The translations under genes were made by a program, and so were the position numbers. A DNA stretch of 61,630 bases, counting the filler, from Dugesia japonica (taxonomy: Eukaryota), in NCBI GenBank assembly GCA_001938525.1. It is 5 parts of 5 records of this genome, joined end to end, with 100 filler letters (N's around TTAATTAATTAA, not from the genome) between each part and the next. Parts side by side here need not be neighbours in the genome. Positions count along the whole stretch, not along the records: positions 51,932 to 61,630 come from MQRL01470575.1; 4 more parts are not named here. One strand, given 5' to 3'. The notes under the pieces are model-generated. The model did no database searches. It was given only the letters and a program-made list of their open reading frames with translations, and was not told the DNA's origin. The stretch's first letter is position 1; each line of letters starts with the position of its first letter. Positions 52,605-61,630 of the stretch are shown piece after piece.

Positions 52605-53053
52605 TTTATGTATGCAATTCATTTCTTCTTTTATTATAATGATGATGATAATATTTTCTACCCTTTTTTGATTATTTTCTATTTTCAATTTCTTACTTTT
52701 CCTATATAATTGGAATAAAATTCTAACCATTTTACAACAACTTCAAACTCAATTCTTTTTTTTCGTAAAATATTACTTTGTAAAAAAGTGGAATATAGAA
52801 GTGTGAAATAGCATAAATTACATTTTATATTAATATTGTGCAGTAAAAATTAATTTGAATAATTAAATATTATTTTATAATGGTTTGATATTTTATGATT
52901 AATCTAATTTAAAATATTGCTGCTTTTAAGAGAGTCTGCTGATAGACTTCTTAAATAAATTTATTTTATTGAATTTCTTATAAAAACCATTTTTTGTAAA
53001 ATGAAAATGTAAAATTTTTGCGGAGTCACCAACACTATCTCAGATGTCAAAAT

Positions 53054-53740
53054 CAGGGACTCTCAATTTATTTCTTGTTGCATCTAACAAAAAAGCATTT
53101 ATCATTTCTAGAAAATTCAAGCAGAATTGCAATTTCTGACTTAAACTTTCAATCTAAAATCTTTAATAAGTGCAAAAGTTTTGCTTAGTAACAAAGTAGA
53201 ATGAATTTTTAAAATTATAAATGAATTAATCTCAAACAAGTGAGGATTTGCTTAGAATTAACGAGCCCAAACATAAGCATTTTTTATTCTAATCTTTGCT
53301 CGGTCAAAGACTTTTTAAATAAAAATTAAAAATATTTTACACTGGAGAATTTACACAATTACACGGATAATTCAAAATCTGGCTGCAAAGATTAGTAAAA
53401 TGATTGTAAATCTTAAGTTGGTATGGGTAAAGATACATGAGCTTTCCATTGATAGTGATCTAATTAAATAGAGGGAAGATTTCTTGTTTTTAATTATAAA
53501 AAAATCAGCGGGCCACACTAATGCTGTAACTGACTGTAACACTTTGTACCATTTGATGCAACACTATTAGTAATAATATCACTAATTAAACGTATTATAT
53601 TATATTGAATTTGTTGGGTAAGTCTTAAAAAATAATTTTTTTTCGAATAAATTAATAATGTTAATCCATTTCTATTGGCTTAAATTCTACATTGTGGACC
53701 GCATTTAAGCACTTTTCAGGCCGCGTATTTGAGACCCCTA
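53054..53740. mobile_element. Degenerate hAT (Charlie/Buster-type) non-autonomous element
   Basis: Left CAGGGACTCTCAA, right TTTGAGACCCCTA, internal GCGGGCCAC / GGCCGC subterminal motifs. No clear TSD. Confidence 0.45.
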
Positions 53741-54920
53741 ATAAAAAATACCATTTCATTATTTCAAGGAAACGCAAAATTACAACTATAAATGTAATTG
53801 ATTTAATGTAATATCGTTAAAATTACGGATTTTCTGCTTAATTAATATTTTACTCTACAGTTTACTCATGTTTTTTAATTATACTAACCAACAAAATTTG
53901 AGTAATTTTTTAGAGAAATTTAATTCACGTATCTAACATAGAATTTTATGAAAAAATCTAATCGCAGTAAAACGAAAGATTAAATCAGCAAAAACAACAA
54001 TTGTTGAACTAATTTTCTGGCTCATGCCAGATAATAAGAATACATATGATAACTTAGATATAACCAATTATTTAGTTCTGAAGAACAGCTCTAGTGCAAC
54101 AATATTGTGGTTCTCAACTAGTTACATAAACTTTTTAAAATTAAAATAAGCTGCATAAAGCTTTTGATTATGTTAAGTAAATGAATGTTGCTTCTTTTTT
54201 GCAGTATACTTCCCATGTATATAACAAAAGTTGTTTCATTCAGTCTTAAAGTTGATAATCTACAAAAAAACAAGGTACATAATCTAGGCACAAAATTTCG
54301 AATTTAATTTTATCACTAGTTATTCGAGCATAAGTATTGTTAACAAAATAACTAAGGAAAGTTGAATATAAAAGTATCGATCTTCATTATTGAAATTATG
54401 GGCATTTATTATAAATAAATTACCTAAGACAACTTTTTTGTTATACTGAAAAAACATTCAAAAATAATAAATAAATCGATTTATTACAAGACTTAAATCA
54501 CAAATCTCTGGCCAAGTACCTCATAGTCCGAATTAAAATATTGATAATATATAATGATTATAAGAAAAAAGATATATACACAATCACACAGAAAATCAAG
54601 CAGTTGAATAGACATATAAATTGGTGTAAAATAATTCTCCAGAAGATAATGCATATTTAACACTGTTTAATATTACAAAAAGCAATGATCTTGGTATTTA
54701 TTATTATTATTTTGTTGCTGTTGTCGTCATAATAATGATAAAAATCTAACAATTATTTTTAATATTTAATTATCAATGGAGACTAAGTTGAAGAAATCTG
54801 AAAATCAATAACTAGAAATTGCTTAATGGGGTAACGATGATCCAAATAGAATGAGAGAGAGTGAGAGATAATAAATAAATGCGTTAAAAAGTTGAAATAA
54901 CTCCATTTTTAAAACGAATC

Positions 54921-55753
54921 TTAAACAATAGGAGTTTCTCCAAGATATCCACAATTTCTAAATGGATTGATATTTGTTGAAGTGAGCTGACCAGTTGGTG
55001 GATTATCATAACAATGATTCAACTGATTTTCATAGTAACTTCCATTGGGTGGAGGAGGAAAAAAATCTTTTGGATTATTGGGAGGATAATAATTGTGCTG
55101 ATTATTACATACAATTCCACATCGTTGTTCTTGAACATGCTGATCTTCAGCACATATGTCATAAGTAGCATCTTCATCGGTGTAATTTGATTGAGAAAAG
55201 TACGATGGAGTCATTTGTATGAAATTTTTTGATGGTATTGATGAAGAATTCTGCCAACCTTTCAGTGAATTCGAATGATCTGATGTATTACAATCGTTGC
55301 TATGATCATCTTCTTCCTCTTCTTCTTCCTCAATCTCTGATTTGTCAGCTTCTTCATCTTCTTCCAATAAACTAGTTGAATCATCATTTTGCCCTGATCT
55401 AGTTATCGATTCATATTTATTGAAATCCCGTGTGGAATTTCCCGATAATCTTAAATTAAATTGAGATTGGTATGTTTTTTAAACTACTTACATTGCGCTG
55501 CTACTGGAACCATTGCCATTCGATATGTGACTGGAAACCATTGACGACAAATCAAGTGGATATCCATTGAGTCCCAGTTGAGTTGCACTGTTAGCTCCAT
55601 TGGAACCAGGTAAATACGGATCATCAGATAAATGTGTCATTGATAACATGTCATGAGGTGGAGGGAGTGCAAAACTGGATGCAATGGAAATAGTATCAGA
55701 ATGATGAGTCATATTCATCATATTAAAGGGTACACATGAATAATCGATATATC
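54921..55753 (-). CDS. Last two exons (55753-55492; 55449-54921) of a gene with S/P/N-rich and acidic low-complexity C-terminus (transcription-factor-like)
   Basis: 42-nt GTAAGT...AG intron joins the exons in frame. Poly-E tract; no recognisable folded domain. Confidence 0.7.
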
Positions 55754-58579
55754 CTATAAGAAATAAAATAGATTTAATAAAATTTTTAACATTTGTATAA
55801 AAAAATATCACTTCTGAAAAGCTGTGTCAAAATCAATATAATTTAAAATTAATTATTTCTATTTTTTAATTTGTTTTTCTATTTCTATTTTTTTATTTTT
55901 TAAAATTAATTATTTCTATGAAAAAAGAATAATGATACAATCGATTAATCAATAACTGAACTAAAACTAAAAATATTCAATAAAATCCAACAAGAATCTA
56001 TTTGAAGCTATTGTCACATTGTTTAAAAATTTATAGTTATCAACGTTTCACCATTCATTCTTTACAGTCTTCGATGTTTTTAAAAAACACCTTAATTTTT
56101 TAAATTCCTTATCCAAAAATGATGGGAAAAAAGTGTTGAAAAATGCCTATGAACTTTATTTAAAAAATGATGTGAATAAATTCTAGTTCTGTGATTACAA
56201 GAGACTTTACGGAAATAAATCTTTTTAATAAAATGTGATGATTTTGATAGATCTAATATTGAAGGCTATCAAGTATGTGTAAATGAATATCGATAACTTA
56301 TCGAATAAGAGCAACGACTTGTAGATATACATTATCAATTCTAAAAAAATTACACGACAAAATTAACTAGTATTTGTCAAATAATTTTCGATTTATGCTT
56401 TTCCTATATTCTTGAATTTCAAACAGTTTATTCTCCATCAAAGAAATTTATTCACATTTATTTAGGAACTACATGCAGCAGCCTACTGATATGAATCCTC
56501 CAAATTACAAAAAAAACCTTACTGTGCCAACAGGCAAAGGGTTCACTTAAATTCAAAAAGTTGTATATTGGCGCACGTTTCCACAATTTACTTAAACATT
56601 ATTTAAAATTATTTATTTAAACTCCAAATATAATTTTACATTTTGGTATCCTAAGTAAAAATAATCTTGATTTTTAAATTTTAAAAAAGATACTTTTCAT
56701 TTTATTATATAATCTGAAAATTTTTTACTAGTAAACACAATTCTAACTCAGAAGTTGCTGCTTTCCATATCAAACAACTCATTATCACAAGCAAAAAATT
56801 GATTATTTTCAAAAGTAAAATATTATCGATCAATTATGCTTTCCATCAATTAAATAAATAATTTTGTAATTTAGAGTTGGATAAATGATTCAATATTTCA
56901 AATTAAAAAAAATGATTCATAATAAAATTGACCCATAAAAAAGAAATTAATTATATTTTCAATAGAAAAAAATGGATTTACTACTGAATTACACCGCATT
57001 TCATTGAAATTAATATTTTGATATTTCTATTAAACTAGCAAACTAGTTTGTTTGAAATTGAAGTTTACATAGGAATGTCAAGAAATAGATTGTGAAGACA
57101 TCAAAATCGGTAATTGGTTTTCCTATATTTCAACAAATGAAACAGCTGATATTTTCTAGACAGAACATTTGTCCTTAGGAGTCAAGTTTGGTCATTTTTA
57201 ATGGTAAATGTATGTATCAAATGGGAATTTTTCGGAGATTGACTTGAATAAAATACTAATTAATTATGTTTTCACAAAATTTTTTGTTATAAATGAAATT
57301 CCAAATTATATTTCAAATTTCATCATTTTTTAAAATCAATATGAAATTATTTGGTAAATTCGGAAAAATATTCTCCATATAATCAAAATTTTATTATTAA
57401 TATACATATTTTTAATTATATTATTAATCTTAATGATTTAACACGCTATTTTATTACAAATTCTAATCACACAGTAAAATAGATATAGCATTAATATCAA
57501 TAACCTCAGAGTCATTTATATTCAAAATTTTAGGGAAAAAATTGACACATCAAACGAAAATTTATTAACGTTGTAAAAGTTCTTCAACAAAATAAATGAT
57601 TGCGAGACACAATGATTCAGATTCCAAAGACCAGAGATAAAACTGTCAATTAGGGCACGATGGGATTCACTTTATCAGACTGAATTTACTGGTATATTCG
57701 GGCAGAAATGAAAGCAAATTAATCTGATAGAGACCAGTAAATAATCTGATGTATGTATTCCTCTTAGAGAACATTAATCTTTACTAGAGAAAAATGTCGA
57801 TGATTAATCTATTGATCTAATGAAGTCTGTTAGAACCATTGTGTTGTTTGATTTTTTGTAGAAATCTCGGATAGATTTGTACAGGGTTATGACGCCATGG
57901 TATCAGTAATTTTTATTTCCAATCGCTGTAAACAAATAGATTATTTTGTATTCCAAAATTGAGAAAGTTTTCAATTGACTGATTTTTTAAAAGTCTATTG
58001 TCAGTAATTTACACAATGAATTCAAATTTTGTCATCTATATCCGTTTATTCGTTTATCTTATAAAACATTAAAAGTATAAATTAATGAGAATGTAGAAAG
58101 CGGAAGAAAAAAATAATTTTATATTAATTAAGAATGCAATTTTTATTTTCTAAAAAAGTGATAATAATTATTTCTATTAGCCTTGAATTCTAATATTTAA
58201 TTTAAATTGATAATATTTNNNNNNNNNNNNNNNNNNNNNNNNNNNNNNNNNNNNNNNNNNNNNNNNNNNNNNNNNNNNNNTAAAGATTATTTATTTTTTT
58301 ATTTATATAACCTATAAAAAGAATAATGACCATCAAATATTTTAAATAATTTTAGCATATCTTATGGTATTGAAACAGTTAAATTTAATATTCCAAAACA
58401 ATTCTTTTAAGTGAGAAATAAAACAAAAAATCCTAAGCTCACAGTGATTATTTTCGTGTTGATAATTTTTATTATTAATCTTTAATAGTATTTAATAATA
58501 AACAATTATTAATCCATATTTTCTAATTTTAAATATTATTTATGTGTAATATTTATTTATGTTGTCAGGAAAACGAAAA

Positions 58580-59060
58580 TAGTCAACTAAAGCTTAACCC
58601 CTAATAGATTCTAAAATGAGTTTACAGTCCACTAAAAAAATATTGAGTGTTTGGTGTGATTATAAATGGATAATCTACTACGAACTGTTTCAACACCACC
58701 AAGCTGTATATAAGCTATAAAATATTCCGAAAATAACACTATTTTTAAATAATTTTTAAGAATACTGTTCTGATATTTTCAAATAAACGAAAGTTAAATT
58801 CTTCTATGAGAATGCCAGACTACATGTTTCGAAATTTATAAAGGAAAACTTTCGCAACTCAAATTTTTTGTATTGATTACTAGATTTCATGATATTTCCA
58901 AAACCCAACATGGACAACGAAGTCCATTTTTCAACTAAAGGTTTTTGCCGCCAAAAATGAAATTTTTCATCAATACCAACAGTAATTATATAAATGATTA
59001 AATGTGTACTTATTCTTACGCCTTTGTTGAAAATAAAATGATTTGTTCTAAATACCCAAT
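58580..59060 (+). mobile_element. Mariner transposase remnant
   Basis: KKILSVWCDYKWIIYYELF (KxMLxVWWDxxGxIYYELL) and FYENARLHV (HDNARPH). Confidence 0.7.
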
Positions 59061-60334
59061 TATGGGAAATTATTTATGTTAAATAATATAATAAAGATAC
59101 ATGCACATATTTACTTTTTTACAATTACATTCATTGAGAAAATAATTGTATGACTTAACCATTCATCGTATTTCAGATTTCATTTCGAAGANNNNNNNNN
59201 NNNNNNNNNNNNNNATCAAGAACTAAAATAATAAATAAAAAATAAAAACAATATTTTGATCGAAGCTTTTAATTTAGTAAAATATTTATTTTTGTTATAA
59301 TAATGTTCAGTATAGCTGATATTCTTTAATGCTTGTAATGCGCCAAATAAATTATTAAGAAACGCGCGATAAATAGTTATTGATAACTGAAATTTTAATT
59401 TTATTGATTTGTATCTTATTCCCAACTCAATATTAAATTGTGTTTTGATGGCAGCACATGGCCTAGTAAAGCTAGAATTCTCTGAGCTTTATTGCGAATT
59501 AATTAACTATTGTTTATCTATTAGTTGAAATAAAACTGAAACAATTTAAATTTTATTGAATCTTTATCTTTGTATTAAACTGACAGGATAAATCTACCCA
59601 TTAATTAAAGTTTATTCAATGTTAAAATATTTTTTCGCATAATTGAATTTTGAAAATTTCTTTCATTACAAAATCATCTAAATTAATTCAATAATTTATA
59701 GAGAAAATTTATTGAGTCACATAAAAGAAAGTGCATCATTTCTAATAACGAACCTATAGTGGTTCCCTAGATACAACACAAAATAGTAATTATTATAGAA
59801 AGAAAATGTGATTCAGAATAAATGTTCAAGACAATTGGATGTCATATAATGGGATATACGTTATAAATGACATATGTGAGATAGATGTCGGATATATAAT
59901 AGAAAAAGATTGCTTTGATTCAATTTATTTATCGTGTATCAATAAATGAGAATTTTTTAGCTTAAAATACAGAAATATAATTGTATACAAAATGAAAACT
60001 AGAAAATTAATGATAATAAGAAATAATTTGGAAATTACAGTAATTAGAGCGTTAATTAATTGTGAAACATGAACAAACAGGAAACCGTGAAATAAACGGG
60101 AATCGAATTTGAATATTTCTTTTTCTAAATGAATTACTATAAGAAATAATATATTAATTTGTTTAATTACAATATTTCAATATAAATATCTCAATTTTAT
60201 TTCAAATTGTAAAAGTAAATATGCAATCTGAATAAAAAATATTCGATGAAAACATTTACATCATATAATTTTGTAAAAAAANNNNNNNNNNNNNNNNNNN
60301 NNNNNNNNNNNNNNNNNNTTAAAATTAAACTTTA

Positions 60335-60376
60335 TTGTGATATATTTCAACGAATCAACCGTCGTCATCAGGCAAA
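60335..60376 (-). ncRNA. Minimal type I hammerhead ribozyme
   Basis: UUGC-CUGAUGA-C-GACG(GUUGAUU)CGUU-GAA-AUAUAU-C|ACAA: intact core boxes, palindromic AUAUAU, one mismatch in stem I. Confidence 0.6.
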
Positions 60377-61630
60377 ATGAAAAATATGAAATTATTCATT
60401 GTACTACGCAAACAAAGATTTAAGAAATTATACTGAATAATAAATGCCAATAATTATAATTCCAAATTTTTTGGAAATTTTATGAAAATTGAAAACTTTT
60501 AAAAAACCTAAATTCCAATTTAATAGATTCTTATTTGTTTAATCTAAAGAATTGTCTGTACATTAATGCTTGGATTATGAAATCTAATCATGGATTTCCC
60601 AATACATTTTAAATCGCATTACATTCATTTTTAAGTTAAAATAGACCAATTACATTTAAATTCAGATACCATATACATTGGAGAGACTGTTAGTCTTCTA
60701 TGTACAAGGGTTCAAGAGAACAATCGTATCGGTAGTGGTAGTAATAATGTCAAGCATAAAAAAAATATTTTTAAAAATTTTGAATTTTTATTATAGACAT
60801 CTATTATTCAGTATAAATGCTTTTTTTATGATTATGACAGTTGATCCGTCGAAATATATCACAACTAAGTTTTACTTTAAATAGCGTTATTTATATTTTA
60901 TGTATAATTTAATTATTAATTTATATTTTCTATATTTTTTTAAGAATTTTGATAAAACCTGTTGTTTAATAAAAATGGAAATAGCTACAAAACTGTACGT
61001 GGTCTATAAAATATTCCTAAATAACATTATTTCTTAATCATCTAAAAATAGCAGAAAAAGGAAGAAATTGAGAAATTCAAACGGTAAGACCGTTTAATTT
61101 TCTGATAATAATGGCAGTTTGAATCTTTCAGACCAGTGTAAATTATCTATATGAATAACATTAAATATTTTGTTAGGTATTTAAATATAAATAAAAGCAC
61201 TTGTTAGCAATACATTTTAAAAACAAAATTATTGGAAGATAATTTTAAATAATTTTTAATTATTTTAAATATGATCTTATTAATTTCTAAATATTTATTA
61301 ATTCATTAAAATTAATCAATAAAATGTTTGATAATATGTCTAATTCTGTTCATACGCGATCACATTTTACATGAAATTGATTTAACGTAATGACTTTTTT
61401 GAATCGCGTTAAATCAAATACTCGTAAAAACAGAATTAAATGCAAATTACTTTAAAATTAAAAGGTAGGGGCAATTTTTAAAAAGAATGTTTTTTAAAAT
61501 TTATTTTGATTTTTGCTTATATTATTGTTAAAATAAATAACCATAATCCTTTCAATTTTCATCACAGAAAACGAAATAATCAAAAAATAACGTTCTATTC
61601 TTTAAATATTTTCTAAAATGTAGTTTTTTT

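Noticed and set aside
54921-55753. Assignment to Lhx1/5 or another specific transcription factor from DFFPPPP
   Set aside because: Low-complexity similarity only; no DNA-binding domain exon found.
56270-56555. Possible Tc1/mariner DD82E-like transposase fragment (LTVPTGKG)
   Set aside because: Only one short motif; catalytic residues not seen.
1-61630. Naming the source species; prokaryotic defence systems, rRNA or tRNA genes
   Set aside because: The sequence supports only an AT-rich invertebrate with short introns. No operons, rRNA or tRNA were recognised.

Overview
Very AT-rich eukaryotic (invertebrate animal) draft assembly, not a prokaryotic locus. Four identical 100-bp spacers (44 N + TTAATTAATTAA + 44 N) show that the window is five separate scaffolds joined artificially, so gene order across the spacers has no biological meaning. 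Host genes appear as exons with short GT-AG introns (about 40-80 nt): two exons of an ERG/KCNH-type K+ channel, the 5' exons of an M6/PLP proteolipid-family gene, an innexin fragment, a multi-exon coiled-coil + beta-propeller-like gene, and 3' exons of a low-complexity, transcription-factor-like gene. Most of the rest is decayed mobile DNA: a Buster-type hAT transposase with a nested LTR insertion, hAT and pogo MITEs, Helitrons, mariner, MULE, several Ty3/gypsy remnants, an env-like LTR element, an R4/Dong-like 3' end and two Penelope-like (GIY-YIG) remnants. The most interesting signals are (1) a dispersed family of minimal hammerhead-ribozyme repeats, including a TSD-flanked 230-bp fold-back insertion, (2) a possibly giant gypsy-like element whose Gag is followed by two copies of a ubiquitin-like-looking domain and preceded by accessory coiled-coil ORFs, and (3) an intronless innexin fused in frame to retroelement-like sequence beside a complex repeat array. 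All assignments come from motif recognition by eye; no searches were run.
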